Origin: a virus
IMG/VR virus record: IMGVR_UViG_3300008954_000029
Coordinates: 20,663 to 84,662 of that record
DNA: 64,000 nucleotides
Direction: 5' to 3' (one strand)
The notes below the pieces were generated by a model. The model was given only the letters and a program-made list of their open reading frames with translations. It ran no database searches and was not told the origin of the DNA. Below, one piece after another: positions 53,311 to 63,772 of the stretch. Numbering within the stretch: the stretch's first letter is position 1; each line of letters starts with the position of its first letter. A program made the position numbers and the translations under genes.

Positions 53311-55758
53311 TCAGCTTGCTACGAAATCTGATCTAACGTTTTTCTGACGGTCGATGGCGGCAATTGTGGTCTTCGCGAACTGCCTTTCATCAACCTTGAG
53401 GGTCACGTGCAAATCCCTATCCTGAGCGGCGAGGGCGCGGCCGGTTGCGGATCCGCCGATGGCGGCGGCTGAGGCGGCCCTTGGAACTCTTTCGATTTTG
53501 CCAGAACTGGTGGGACGGTCCGTGTCGAAGGGGCTCGGCCCGGGGCTGGCGCGCCTGGGGGACACGACTGCAGTGGGCCCACCAAGCAAATCATCATCAG
53601 GGCCTGAATTGAATACACTGTAGGCTCCGGCTCCGGCGAGGCCCAATCCCAGGCCGCCGATGGCCCAACCGACAGGACCAAGAGCGGCAAGAGCGGCCAC
53701 GATACCCATGGTTTTGGCGAGCGCTGCAACCTTTGCTATAATGCCGCCGATTGCAGTAAGGCCCGCGAAGAGGCCGAGCGCCTGAGCCGTAGCGCTGTCA
53801 AAAGATTCCCCTATCTGGTTCACGATGGCCACGCCGGCGCCTAGGCCGGCGGTGGCGATCACTACCGGGGTGAGGACCTTGGCAAACTTGGCGAGGGCGG
53901 CTGTGCTTCTTCCAATGGTTGCGGGCGCAGCAGGTGCGAGGGGCGACACTGGGGCGGTGGGCCGGGGCGAGGGGGCGGCAGTCAGCGCTGTCCAAGCGGC
54001 CTCGGCACCTGCACGGCCTCCGCCTGCTCGCGAGGCCACGGTCTGTGCCGCAGTGAGCCTTCCTAGGCTACCTGCAGTGATGTTCGCCTGAGTATTCATG
54101 GCGGCCATAGAAGTTGTGGCCGTGGCGATGTTGCGAGTCATCTCCAGTGCGGAGAGGGCGACGGCCTTGAGGGCCTTGACCTTTTTAACAGCGAACGCGC
54201 CGGAGACGGCCAGGATCGCTGGAACTAGAAGACCAAACATCGCCTCGTTCGCCCTGAAGATAAAATTAATAAAAGAATGAAACATCTCCAGTGGCACCCT
54301 CATCGATGTAGTGAACATTCTAAAGGTGTGAGACAACTTTTCAACAATAGTCTGCGTTGCTCTGATTCTTTCCTCAGTCTCTTCCTTGGTCAAGCCAGAA
54401 GCACCAAGGGCGCCTCCAAACCTATCCATGTCCCCGGTAAGCATCTTTGTTGCAGTCGCTATGTCGCTGACCCCAAGAGCGTTAGCGACTGCTAGCTTTT
54501 CGAAACGGTTCATTACATCAAACTGGCGTCCAGAGAGAGCAATTGCCTCACGCACCATCCGGAGGCGCTCTGCCTCATCAGCCATCAGCAACTCTGTACT
54601 GTTGAGTAAATCACCGCCAAGTATTGTGTTGAGTTTGCCGGCAGCTTGCGCGGCGCCTTCAAATGTATCAAACTGCCCCATTGTTTGAAGCAATTGTCCA
54701 ACCTCGACACCTAAGGAGCGGGAAGCGACTTGAACTTTCTTAAAGATGTCAGGAGCATCTTTCCCAAACTTGGCCAAGACTGGCATTGCGGCGTTGAAAT
54801 TTTCCGTGACCTGCTCAATTGGTAAGCTCATTTGGATGGCCATATCAGCAAGGGAACTCGTCAATCCCATTGACTGCTCTTCGGTCATCCCCAAGACCAG
54901 CATGGCATTTTCCATGGTCTGCGCAGTCAATTGAACCGAAACACCCAGCTCTTGCATTCGAGCAGCAGTGTTGGCCAATCTCGTCTGCAAGCTAGGAGCA
55001 GCGTCTCGAAACGTTGTCACGTTTGTGAGGAGTGCTCCGAATGCTGCGCCGGCCTCTTGTGTGCTGATACCAAGCCCAATGTGATCTCTTTCAATGCCAA
55101 CCAACTGTTCACTGTATTCGCCCATTGTCGAAGTTGCTTTGTTGAATGATGCAATTGCCTCATCCTGCTCGCGGGCTAGTAGGACCATGGACTGCCCAAC
55201 CTTCTGGAGCATTGAGCCAAAGATGTTCATGGAGTTGGTTGCGTCCGATAACGCACCCGTGAATTGCCTCATTCTGTCTGTGGCGCCGTCAGCACTTATT
55301 CCAGCCACGGTAAAGCCACCGACGAGCGTCTCCTTCCACTGGTCACCGACGCCAGTTAAGGCTTTGACCATGTTTCTAGTCTGGGCGCCTGCAGCCTCGA
55401 CTGCACGGACAGCTTCTTTTTGTAGTTTTAGACCTTTCTCAAGCTTGACTAGTTCCTTGATCCCCAGCTTATCGCCTTCAGCTTGAGTTTGGACTTTCTT
55501 TCTTTCAATGTCGAGGAGCTTTTCCCCGAGTTCGACCTCTAGTCGCCTCTGTTCATTAGATAAAAAAGACGCTCTTAACTTCTCGTTAGCACCCTCCGCC
55601 GCTTCCTTCTCGACCTTCAAGCCTTCGATTTTTATCTTTAGCTCTTTTGCTCTCTCTTCTGTTGTCTTTTTCGCTAATTCGAGGATGTCTTTGAGGGCTG
55701 CGGCGGACTCTGGGTCGAGCGTGCCGGGATCGTTATTGTTGTTATCGCCATCAGCCAT
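53311..55758 (-). CDS. tape measure protein
   Basis: 815 aa Ala/Gly-rich helical, hydrophobic segments, between tube/chaperone and baseplate genes. Confidence 0.8.
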   Translation of the reverse strand: MADGDNNNNDPGTLDPESAAALKDILELAKKTTEERAKELKIKIEGLKVEKEAAEGANEKLRASFLSNEQRRLEVELGEKLLDIERKKVQTQAEGDKLGIKELVKLEKGLKLQKEAVRAVEAAGAQTRNMVKALTGVGDQWKETLVGGFTVAGISADGATDRMRQFTGALSDATNSMNIFGSMLQKVGQSMVLLAREQDEAIASFNKATSTMGEYSEQLVGIERDHIGLGISTQEAGAAFGALLTNVTTFRDAAPSLQTRLANTAARMQELGVSVQLTAQTMENAMLVLGMTEEQSMGLTSSLADMAIQMSLPIEQVTENFNAAMPVLAKFGKDAPDIFKKVQVASRSLGVEVGQLLQTMGQFDTFEGAAQAAGKLNTILGGDLLNSTELLMADEAERLRMVREAIALSGRQFDVMNRFEKLAVANALGVSDIATATKMLTGDMDRFGGALGASGLTKEETEERIRATQTIVEKLSHTFRMFTTSMRVPLEMFHSFINFIFRANEAMFGLLVPAILAVSGAFAVKKVKALKAVALSALEMTRNIATATTSMAAMNTQANITAGSLGRLTAAQTVASRAGGGRAGAEAAWTALTAAPSPRPTAPVSPLAPAAPATIGRSTAALAKFAKVLTPVVIATAGLGAGVAIVNQIGESFDSATAQALGLFAGLTAIGGIIAKVAALAKTMGIVAALAALGPVGWAIGGLGLGLAGAGAYSVFNSGPDDDLLGGPTAVVSPRRASPGPSPFDTDRPTSSGKIERVPRAASAAAIGGSATGRALAAQDRDLHVTLKVDERQFAKTTIAAIDRQKNVRSDFVAS

Positions 55759-55769
55759 AAGCTAGTTTC

Positions 55770-56126
55770 CTATTTAAAGGGCCACTTCAAGCCTGTGGAT
55801 CTTTCAAAATCTCTCACGGCCCTATCTAACTTGTACTTGCTAGCATAAGTTGATTCGTGATTGAGGCCATGCCGGTTAAAGTCGGACATGTATTTCTTTT
55901 CTCCACTGAGTGCTCTGACAAACTTTCTGACATCGGTATCTCTACCGCGAACACTAACTGGAACCTCATACCCTTGAGTTATCGCCTTAAGCAACATACC
56001 GACTGCTGCTCCGAACTGACCCAGGTAATCTTCATTAATCTCGCCTTTCTTGGCGACACTTAGGTCAATTTCGATTGGTGCCAAATCCTTGTTAGTATCG
56101 TCCATAAGTACAGGTCTCCAAAACAC
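55770..56126 (-). CDS. hypothetical protein (probable start MDDTN)
   Basis: ends FERSTGLKWPFK; ACTAATTA motif at 56148-56155. Confidence 0.6.
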   Translation of the reverse strand: MFWRPVLMDDTNKDLAPIEIDLSVAKKGEINEDYLGQFGAAVGMLLKAITQGYEVPVSVRGRDTDVRKFVRALSGEKKYMSDFNRHGLNHESTYASKYKLDRAVRDFERSTGLKWPFK

Positions 56127-56201
56127 CTTATATACAAAGCTTCGAAATAATTAGTATTTATAAAAATAAATGTAGAAGAAGCGCATGCGCAAGAGGCAGA
56201 A

Positions 56202-56462
56202 TTATCTGCGGCCGCTCGCTTTCTTGATTGCTTCCTTTTCTTGTTCGTTTTCGTCCTGGATTTGTTGTCGCAACCTTTCCAGAAACCACCTACGAATAAC
56301 AACAGGGAGGTTGTATGCTTCAGTGAAATCCCAATTACCGTGATACTTTAGAAGAAAGAACTCTTCGTAAACACCCCTGATATAATCGTCACTTAACCCA
56401 AAAGAAGTCCGCTGTGAACGGAACCTCCATTTTTTGTTCCAGTTCACAATTGGAGCATTCAA
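56202..56462 (-). CDS. gp51-like/tail-chaperone extension ORF, probably reached by frameshift
   Basis: YNLPVVIRRWF motif; no start codon at the junction with the upstream gene. Confidence 0.6.
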   Translation of the reverse strand: MNAPIVNWNKKWRFRSQRTSFGLSDDYIRGVYEEFFLLKYHGNWDFTEAYNLPVVIRRWFLERLRQQIQDENEQEKEAIKKASGRR

Positions 56463-57243
56463 AGTTTTGTGTCAAATCGACGTTTGGGACAACTGCCTGG
56501 TAGTGGTGCCGCAGAAAGCGGGAATCATAAGCGGGCATGTTCTCAATGAAAGAGTTAATAATGTCCCTGCCAGTTTCCCCATTCACTGAAACAATGAATT
56601 GTCTAAACTGGTCGGTAAGCAGCGAGTCTTCTAGCTTATTCTTCTTCTTGGAAGAAGCTAGCTTAGACATGTTCATCTCGTCGCGCCCTGTTAAGAGTCT
56701 CGCCTCAACATCCAGGCCCATCTTAGGAATGCGAATAACAAACGTGCCATCACCTGTTCTAGTGATGTCGCTAGATTCCTGGTCGGCAGGATGGTTAACC
56801 TCGGCCTGGTCTAGATCGAAAGTGTACTCAACAAACTGTCCACAAGATGGGCAGTTTATGTTGGTTGTATACTCTGAGCCATAACCAGTAGCTCTGGCTG
56901 CGACCAAGATTGCGTTTCTATCCCCAATAAGCAAGTCGGCCGGCTTGATCGTCTTGTTAACGATGATGTTTTGCAGTAACCTTTCGATTGCCAAGCCTTT
57001 CTTCAGCAATGTTCGAGAAGTCAGAATGTCTTCATCCTTCGCCGTCATAAAGCGAATCTCAACCGTGTCTTGCATGTGCAATGGGTGACCTTGTGGGTAA
57101 AACTCCCCTTTCGAAGGAAGATCAACAAACTCTGTTGGTGTTACGAACGAAAGAGGGTCTGTTGCCGGAGCTTGCGGCACAGGTGTGGAAGCCGGCTCAG
57201 CATCTCCAGAAGAGACGCGGGCTTCATTATTGCGTGGACTCAT
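56389..57243 (-). CDS. baseplate hub/tail assembly chaperone (T4 gp26-like)
   Basis: LPSKG, MTAKDEDIL, CPSC..CSNC, ends FFW. Confidence 0.8.
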   Translation of the reverse strand: MSPRNNEARVSSGDAEPASTPVPQAPATDPLSFVTPTEFVDLPSKGEFYPQGHPLHMQDTVEIRFMTAKDEDILTSRTLLKKGLAIERLLQNIIVNKTIKPADLLIGDRNAILVAARATGYGSEYTTNINCPSCGQFVEYTFDLDQAEVNHPADQESSDITRTGDGTFVIRIPKMGLDVEARLLTGRDEMNMSKLASSKKKNKLEDSLLTDQFRQFIVSVNGETGRDIINSFIENMPAYDSRFLRHHYQAVVPNVDLTQNFECSNCELEQKMEVPFTADFFWVK

Positions 57244-57267
57244 TATTAACCTCGGGTGTTATTAATA

Positions 57268-57296
57268 ATTATAATAAAAGGAGTAAAGTATGTTAA
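57268..57296 (-). promoter_or_regulatory. sigma70-like promoter inside structural block
   Basis: TTAACA-17-TATAAT. Confidence 0.55.
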
Positions 57297-57321
57297 GTAC
57301 TTTGTTAGGCGTCGGCCTTAG

Positions 57322-57939
57322 TTACGGCTTTTTTGCCCCGCTCTTAACTACGCGGCCGCGGAGGGCTGCCGCGCGGCCGCCGTCCACCTGTGTGTACTGG
57401 GCCCAGTCATACCTGACAGTCACCTCGGCATTGACGAACTCCTCAGACTCATAGCTTAGCTCACTGTGAGTCACAGACTTCACCCAGCCATTGCTTAACT
57501 TCCAAGATCCCAACTTGGTACCGGCCGCGGCGTGGTTGATGTCGTCGGACGAGGCATCGGACTCTCCATACAATTCCAAAGTTATGACCCCTAAGGCATT
57601 CCTTGCGCGGGCTTTCGAAGGAGTGTCAGTGTTCCGGTCGAGAACACCATCGTTCGGGAAAGCATATCCGGATTTTGACAAGAGCTGCTGGAATTCTAAC
57701 GCAGCGTCAGGCGACACGGGATCGACAAGAGTGAAGCTCACATCCGACCAAGTAACTCGGCCTGGGTAATAGAACTTGTGATTAATGAACTGGTGCTCAT
57801 GCTCGGAAACCTCAAAGCTCGGTTGAGACACCTTTGTCACAACCCATGAAGGCATCCCGGTGGTTCCGACCGTCAATAGCCACCTAAACGACCTCTTTGG
57901 ATCTACGTTAGGTTGGGCCCAAATGTTACCTGTTGCCAT
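57322..57939 (-). CDS. tail tube protein (gp19-like)
   Basis: PKR.FRW..PSF..YYPGRVTW..TLVD..W.L...W..LSY..TVRYDWA. Confidence 0.88.
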   Translation of the reverse strand: MATGNIWAQPNVDPKRSFRWLLTVGTTGMPSWVVTKVSQPSFEVSEHEHQFINHKFYYPGRVTWSDVSFTLVDPVSPDAALEFQQLLSKSGYAFPNDGVLDRNTDTPSKARARNALGVITLELYGESDASSDDINHAAAGTKLGSWKLSNGWVKSVTHSELSYESEEFVNAEVTVRYDWAQYTQVDGGRAAALRGRVVKSGAKKP

Positions 57940-57968
57940 TTATAATCTCTCCTCTTGTCGATTCTTAT

Positions 57969-57976
57969 TAACTAGT
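57969..57976 (-). promoter_or_regulatory. putative late promoter ACTAGTTA
   Basis: variant motif upstream of tube gene. Confidence 0.55.
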
Positions 57977-57997
57977 CTTAGCATTCCTTTTTCTATT

Positions 57998-60964
57998 TTA
58001 ATCATCAAAAGAAGCCCCACTTCTCGTTATAATGAAGTCGAGAGCGATGAATTCAATAGCACGGGCAGGCTTCAAGAAAACCTTGGCGTACAGAGTGTTT
58101 CTATCAACCAAATCTGGTGTGGTCGTGGTTTCGTCCAAAACCACCTTGTAGTCAGTCAAACCGCCGCCAATCTTAACACCCTCAAGAAGCTGGTTAGCAC
58201 TGTCGGAGAACTTAGTCCAAGTCGCGCTAACATTCTGCTCGAACAAGATGCCAGAAGCGATCTTGCTGATCTCTCTCTTGAGGAAAATAAGCAACCTTCT
58301 GACGTTAATTCTATCTAGAGCAGAAGCCTTGATTTGTAGAGTCTTCTGTCCGAAGATCACGATGCCCTCAGCGGGGAACTTCGCAATCGGGTTAACATTA
58401 ACCTCGTAGAGGTTATCGCGGTCTCTTGCGGTGAGGTGGCCATCAGTGTTGATAACCGTCAGACCAGAAGAGCCCTGCGTTAGGCCACCTCTGTTAAAGC
58501 CGGCGGGAGCGAACCACAGAGCCGACTCTGTCTCAGAGCTAGCAAATGTGCCAAGTGCCGCAATCGAAGGCGGAATCCATAAGACAGCCTCAGAGTTGCT
58601 GTCGAGGATCTGTACCCAGGGGTAGTAAGCGCAACCATAACTTGAGTTGAGCTTGCGGCTCCTCATCTCGTCAATAACTGTTCTCACATTACCGATTCGG
58701 TCGGAGCGAGAATCCTTAGACTCTGCACGGGGTGTGTACCCACCGACCAAGTCAATGACGGCCAAGGCGTCGCCGCGGCCTTCGCAGACATCAATCATGT
58801 GCTTCGTAAGGCTGTTTGTGTCGACGCCGGGGGCTGTCAGGAGATTCATCTCCAAGCTCTCGGGATCTGCGACGCTGTCGATGGCCCGTCGGATCGAGTT
58901 ATACTCGTAAGAAACTGTCTCCGAAGCGCCGATCGAAGCATTGTTGAAGGGGTCCATCTCGGCAACATCCACACCGTCAGTGCCTCCGAACAGGGGCATT
59001 GTAAACTTGTTGATGCCCATGTCCAAAACAGTCTTCCAGTTATCAGCGCTAGCCGACACAGCCGACATGGAAGTTCCGGCGGCTCTGGAGCCGTCAATCC
59101 AAACGGCGTCGGTCAACTTGTCGTATGTACCATCCCAAGCGGGGGATAGCTGTGCGCGGACATTGTCCAAGCTGAAGACGAACGAAGCCTCAGTGTTGCC
59201 TCCAGCAGTGAACGAATCAATGCCGGTCGGCTTTTGGCGAACCAAGTCAACATAACCATTATCATACCCAAGGGTTGCGCCGGGCTCAGCGTCGGTGCCA
59301 CCATTCGTCTGAAGTCCAAAATAGGAGTTCCTAATGTCGTTGGGGCTGGCCAGGGTTTCGCCGGCTGCATTGGTGCCAAATCCGGCAGATGCGCTAACCC
59401 TCACCCAGTCGACCAAGCTTGGGAACACGGTAGGCAGCTTAAGCTGCGAGAGGCTTCCCGTCTGCGATAGGAACGCCCCTGGCGCACCGATGTTGGCCGG
59501 AGCAAGCGGAATGCTCGCACTGCCGGCCGTGATAAACGTAAGACCGGCGGGGTCGTCGCCGGCGGCGTTCGAATTCGCAGTCAATGTTGCGCTCTTAAAC
59601 CTCGGTGGACCGAAGAACCCGAAAGGAAGCAGCATTGGGTCAGCGTCTCCGTCATCAACATCCGGGTGCATCTCTACTGTAATGTAACGAGAGCGGTTCG
59701 GATAATTGCCAACCTCTGTGAACCTTCTCTTATCGTAATCCCAAACAATGTCCTTGTCTCCAATCATTCTACCAACGTAGTTGAGAGAGTTTGGATTTAG
59801 GTCTAGGTTGCCAAAGGATTCCAGCACCTCCACCTCTTGGTCGTTGTCGGATACGCGGCGGACTTCCACGGTGAACGAGCCGTACGGCTCTAGCTCAGTA
59901 TCGAGGTTGTACTTGATGTTCTTAATAGAAATCTTAATACTTGCCTGATCCCACTCGCCTCCGGAAGGGCGGCTCTTAATCTTGAAGAGCTTTTGCATGT
60001 TGCCGGGCTCGTAGGCGGCTGTATCATCACTGGTATCCTGTGAAATAACCCAGCCACTCTCTGCTTGAGTAACCTCATTCTGGAAAACCGACCCATCGCC
60101 CGTACCGTCCTTGAGGGCCAGCACAGCACCAATCAAGGTGCCATTTGACTGTGACAGGGTGGTAGACCGAAGAATGTTGGACTCGAAAGTCTCGCCAAGC
60201 CAGTAGGACTTTGTTGTCGTTGTCAAAGTGGTGTTTGTCGTGACCGGGTTTGTATTAAAGACGGAACGGATGAATGAGCCGTTCTGCTTATTAAATCCAA
60301 AAGATTTGGTTTCTGTTACAGTGCCAGCGGCGTTACGAATATCCACCTTCCATTGGCCGCCAGTTGTCTGATTGCCAGTTGAAACAATTAAGTCGCCGGC
60401 AGAAGACGTCGCGACGCCGGCGGCCGAGGCGCTGATGGTCGATGTGGTACCACTTAGCGTTATCGCGCCCGACTCCAAGTACCACACAGCAGCGAGAGTG
60501 CCTGTACTAACCGTATCGTTAGCATTTGCACTACCAGAATTCCAAATGAACAGACCGTAGGCGCCGCCGTTATCTGCAAGAGTGGTCGAGGCGGAGCCGG
60601 CTGTCTTCCAGCCAGCTTTGCCGGCGTCCGTGGCGCTAGGATTTTGTGCGCCCGCAAGGCGAATAACAGTGCAAGGAGAGTTGTTCGTTAGCCACGCTTG
60701 TGCGGCAAAAGAAGCATAAGTCGGAGCCGTGCCGGCTTCGGCCGAACGCCAAACGTCGCCGTTGGTCTCAATACCAGCGACGGGCGTACCAAAGACCTCA
60801 ACAAACTCCGAATAAGACCTAACCTTTGTAGGTATGAAAGAGGGTCCCTTTCGCGTCCTTCCGATGATTACAGGGCCAACGGCGCCGGGCTCGTCGGGCA
60901 GAACGGATTCGTCTACTTCACGGAGAAAAATTCCAGGGGATATAAACTTAAACTTTCTTGCCAT
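57998..60964 (-). CDS. contractile tail sheath protein (gp18-like)
   Basis: SPGIFLREVD, YYPWV, WFAPAGFNRG, FGQKTL, LDRINVRRL, FEQN. Confidence 0.96.
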   Translation of the reverse strand: MARKFKFISPGIFLREVDESVLPDEPGAVGPVIIGRTRKGPSFIPTKVRSYSEFVEVFGTPVAGIETNGDVWRSAEAGTAPTYASFAAQAWLTNNSPCTVIRLAGAQNPSATDAGKAGWKTAGSASTTLADNGGAYGLFIWNSGSANANDTVSTGTLAAVWYLESGAITLSGTTSTISASAAGVATSSAGDLIVSTGNQTTGGQWKVDIRNAAGTVTETKSFGFNKQNGSFIRSVFNTNPVTTNTTLTTTTKSYWLGETFESNILRSTTLSQSNGTLIGAVLALKDGTGDGSVFQNEVTQAESGWVISQDTSDDTAAYEPGNMQKLFKIKSRPSGGEWDQASIKISIKNIKYNLDTELEPYGSFTVEVRRVSDNDQEVEVLESFGNLDLNPNSLNYVGRMIGDKDIVWDYDKRRFTEVGNYPNRSRYITVEMHPDVDDGDADPMLLPFGFFGPPRFKSATLTANSNAAGDDPAGLTFITAGSASIPLAPANIGAPGAFLSQTGSLSQLKLPTVFPSLVDWVRVSASAGFGTNAAGETLASPNDIRNSYFGLQTNGGTDAEPGATLGYDNGYVDLVRQKPTGIDSFTAGGNTEASFVFSLDNVRAQLSPAWDGTYDKLTDAVWIDGSRAAGTSMSAVSASADNWKTVLDMGINKFTMPLFGGTDGVDVAEMDPFNNASIGASETVSYEYNSIRRAIDSVADPESLEMNLLTAPGVDTNSLTKHMIDVCEGRGDALAVIDLVGGYTPRAESKDSRSDRIGNVRTVIDEMRSRKLNSSYGCAYYPWVQILDSNSEAVLWIPPSIAALGTFASSETESALWFAPAGFNRGGLTQGSSGLTVINTDGHLTARDRDNLYEVNVNPIAKFPAEGIVIFGQKTLQIKASALDRINVRRLLIFLKREISKIASGILFEQNVSATWTKFSDSANQLLEGVKIGGGLTDYKVVLDETTTTPDLVDRNTLYAKVFLKPARAIEFIALDFIITRSGASFDD

Positions 60965-61005
60965 GCTAATAAATTCTCCTTACATAAGTGTATTTATTTC
61001 TTCTA

Positions 61006-61013
61006 TAAATAGT
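61006..61013 (-). promoter_or_regulatory. putative late promoter ACTATTTA
   Basis: motif upstream of sheath gene. Confidence 0.65.
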
Positions 61014-61039
61014 GCGGGTTACTGTGAAAAGAAGAAAAA

Positions 61040-61978
61040 TTAATCCCGATAAAACCCCCTCTTATCAATATGATCGGGGATGTCACCAACGATTACCCTC
61101 TCGCGAGGGATCTTGACTTCAACAGCGTTTTGGCGCCTTACTATCCTTGGTTGTTCTTGGTTGGTGTCAGCACCAATAACATACCCCAGAACCTTGATGG
61201 TTATCTTGGTCTGGTATTGTCTCTCTTCCTCATCCAGCGAAGAAACGTTGTTTTCCTGAGCATAGTCTTCTTGTATGAATGCTTCAAAGCCGTGACCTTC
61301 GTTGTAAATGTGGAAGTAGCTTAGACTACCCGTCTTAACGAGAAATGGGGCTATAATTTCGTTCATTTGCTGTTGGTATTCAGTCCTAACGTAGATGTCG
61401 TATTGGATGTCCAAATAAACCGGGACCGGAATTGTAATGGTTTCGTAAACAACTTTCTTATTTTTACGAGGAAAATTCCTTTGATTGATGCCCGAATCAG
61501 GACTCTCTGGCGTGCCCCGCTTCTTGTATGCATCAGCGTTTGCAAAATTAGAAGTCTTATCTTGATTAATTTGTCTTGCAATTGTTATAGATCCGCCGCG
61601 AACATCGTTGACGGCAAAAGAATTGAAGATTGCCCCTTTCTTACTAAGACTCTTTACAACACTCGTCCTTTCAACAGTTATCAAGGGGAAAATAAGAGTA
61701 CCATCCTGGTCTCTCAATCCCTTATCTTTCTTAATCTGGTAAGCTCTTTCGGCAGAAACCCATAATACTGGAACTTTCTTAAACCCTGTGTTGCCTCTTG
61801 CGGAAACATTCATCTCCTCGTCTATCCACCGGAACATCGCTGTATCGATCGTTTCTAGGGTGGATTCCTGAAATGGTATCACCTCTTTAATAATGGAAGT
61901 ATCTTCCACATCAGTGTAAGAATAATCTTTCTGCGTCTTGTTCCTCGTAGAGAAATACCGGGGCTTCTTACTTGGCAT
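61040..61978 (-). CDS. tail terminator/sheath stabiliser (gp15-like)
   Basis: position; VPV..PLI..PV...Y......QMNEI pattern. Confidence 0.6.
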   Translation of the reverse strand: MPSKKPRYFSTRNKTQKDYSYTDVEDTSIIKEVIPFQESTLETIDTAMFRWIDEEMNVSARGNTGFKKVPVLWVSAERAYQIKKDKGLRDQDGTLIFPLITVERTSVVKSLSKKGAIFNSFAVNDVRGGSITIARQINQDKTSNFANADAYKKRGTPESPDSGINQRNFPRKNKKVVYETITIPVPVYLDIQYDIYVRTEYQQQMNEIIAPFLVKTGSLSYFHIYNEGHGFEAFIQEDYAQENNVSSLDEEERQYQTKITIKVLGYVIGADTNQEQPRIVRRQNAVEVKIPRERVIVGDIPDHIDKRGFYRD

Positions 61979-62453
61979 TGAACACCTCCTCTCTGGCTCT
62001 TATGCATTTTGCGCTTATTTCAAGCTTGTGGTTCTCTTGCCCAAACAAGAGTCGTGGCTCGTTGAGGGTAGCAATCTCATAGTAAAGTTTATCGAACTGA
62101 ATAAAATCGCCCTCTCTCACAAAAAGATCTTGATCCTCAGTCAGTCTTCTTTTATGGAAATGCACAGTCAAAGAGGATCTCTTGTCAACGCCATAGCGGC
62201 CCGTTTGAGTTGTCTGCCCTTCCCAATCAACGAGGGCGTATACACGGATAGGGGGCAAAAAGGTCTTCCTTATTGCCTCCCCATACAGTGAATGGAAGTT
62301 TGTGCGAGATAAGTCAATTGGAAAATAAAGTATGGGCTGCCCGATGACTCTCTCAATAAGTTCGTCATTAACTTGCTTTACTAGGTCTCTTTCCTTCTTT
62401 CCTAAAAAAAGAGGAGGAGGGGGGTTACCAGGCTGTGACCATTCGTTTGCCAT
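61968..62453 (-). CDS. neck protein (gp14-like)
   Basis: ELIE..GQ..Y..LYGE..EGDFI..YEI. Confidence 0.7.
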   Translation of the reverse strand: MANEWSQPGNPPPPLFLGKKERDLVKQVNDELIERVIGQPILYFPIDLSRTNFHSLYGEAIRKTFLPPIRVYALVDWEGQTTQTGRYGVDKRSSLTVHFHKRRLTEDQDLFVREGDFIQFDKLYYEIATLNEPRLLFGQENHKLEISAKCIRAREEVFNAK

Positions 62454-62459
62454 ACTCTG

Positions 62460-63746
62460 TTACCCCGCGTATATTGAAAGAACTGGAATGTCTTTGTTAA
62501 CAATGATCGTATTCTCGGAAATTGCCGCAGTATCTTCCACGAGTTGTTTATAGGTCATTTCATCCAACGTTGCCTTCAGCTCATCTCTCAGAGCCGTTTG
62601 CTCTTCCTTTGCCTGGGTTATTAGTGCGTCAGCATTCAGAGTGACTGACTCACCTGGAATGGGTATGGTCGTAAACTTGCCGCGGATCTGTCCCAAGGTC
62701 TCCTTTGACAAGGCGAGGGCGAATCTGCGAATCCACTGCTTGCCAATGCTGTTAATGTTGTTATACGGAACATTCTCAAAGGGCAGAGTATTCATGTTGT
62801 TGATGCCTTCAGTTCCATCATCAACTCCGGAATCGGATTCCCATGCATCTTGTGGAATTACAAAGTCTATCCACATCGTATCGAACCCAGGGTCTGATTC
62901 TGGTGGAGGTGGGTAAAGCCTTATCTTGTTGTTTGAAATCTCGTACGAATAATGAGAGATTCTGGTATAAATTGCATCCTCGTACGCCATTGCCTGTTGT
63001 TTATTTTGCCAAACAGGAACAACCTGAAACGTAGAATCATCAGCGTACTGGCCATAAGTGGTGAGATTCCCTAAAACGTTGATACCACCATAATAACCAA
63101 AGAACCTCCACATGGCGCGCGCTGTTTTGTAATAAACTCTTTTAATTAAAATCTTTTTATCTCCGACCAAGCCAGCAAATTTAACTGTATTGCCCGTTCC
63201 GTTATCCTCGTTTGTGTTGGAGCTTCCTGAGATAATCGCCTGCAAATCATAATCCTGATTTCCACTGGAAATATCAAAAGAAGCCGAATATAGCGTGTCA
63301 TTTGGGCCTAGGCCAACTTGGGCGATTGAGGAATCGGAAACTCTTTGAGCATATCCGAACTTAAACTTGGGATACCTGAGGGCCAAGTTTGAGCCAGAAA
63401 GTGCATGGCCAGCTTCCAACTGCCCGTCCTGATCGAAAGACCCGGTGGGCGCTCCAAGCAAACTACCAATGGAGTTCTTGGCCTGATGGATGTTAACAAT
63501 ATAGGAATATTCTAAAACTGCCTCTTCGTAGGCAGCGTATACTTGGGAAGTCTTTAATTCAATGTCTAATACTTCACCACCAAGCTTGTTGTAGGTGTAT
63601 GCCACCTGATCAACGGCGCCAGATACAAAGGCGTTGGACGTGTATATTCCAAAGGGTAGGCTCCCGACCACGTCTGCGTGGGAGCCAGTAGACGTTAAAA
63701 TTGACTTGCTTACTTGACTACTTGGTCTTAATGTTGGTATCGCCAT
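62460..63746 (-). CDS. neck protein (gp13-like)
   Basis: LGGEVLDIEL..QWIRRFALALSKETLGQIRGKF..VTLN. Confidence 0.8.
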   Translation of the reverse strand: MAIPTLRPSSQVSKSILTSTGSHADVVGSLPFGIYTSNAFVSGAVDQVAYTYNKLGGEVLDIELKTSQVYAAYEEAVLEYSYIVNIHQAKNSIGSLLGAPTGSFDQDGQLEAGHALSGSNLALRYPKFKFGYAQRVSDSSIAQVGLGPNDTLYSASFDISSGNQDYDLQAIISGSSNTNEDNGTGNTVKFAGLVGDKKILIKRVYYKTARAMWRFFGYYGGINVLGNLTTYGQYADDSTFQVVPVWQNKQQAMAYEDAIYTRISHYSYEISNNKIRLYPPPPESDPGFDTMWIDFVIPQDAWESDSGVDDGTEGINNMNTLPFENVPYNNINSIGKQWIRRFALALSKETLGQIRGKFTTIPIPGESVTLNADALITQAKEEQTALRDELKATLDEMTYKQLVEDTAAISENTIIVNKDIPVLSIYAG

Positions 63747-63772
63747 GCATTAAAAACTCCTATGACTAATGG

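Noticed and set aside
56181-56210. Palindrome GCGCATGCGC and small hairpin after the chaperone extension ORF
   Set aside because: Too short and present once; at most a weak terminator.
1868-61011. T4 gp55 late promoters TATAAATA on the plus strand (e.g. 1868, 10205, 37545, 61004)
   Set aside because: They point away from all genes, and variants conserve the minus-strand ACTAnTTA rather than TATAAATA.
287-63034. Numerous plus-strand ORFs in the track (e.g. 23626-24270, 45336-46007)
   Set aside because: They are antisense shadows of well-supported minus-strand genes, with no recognisable motifs.
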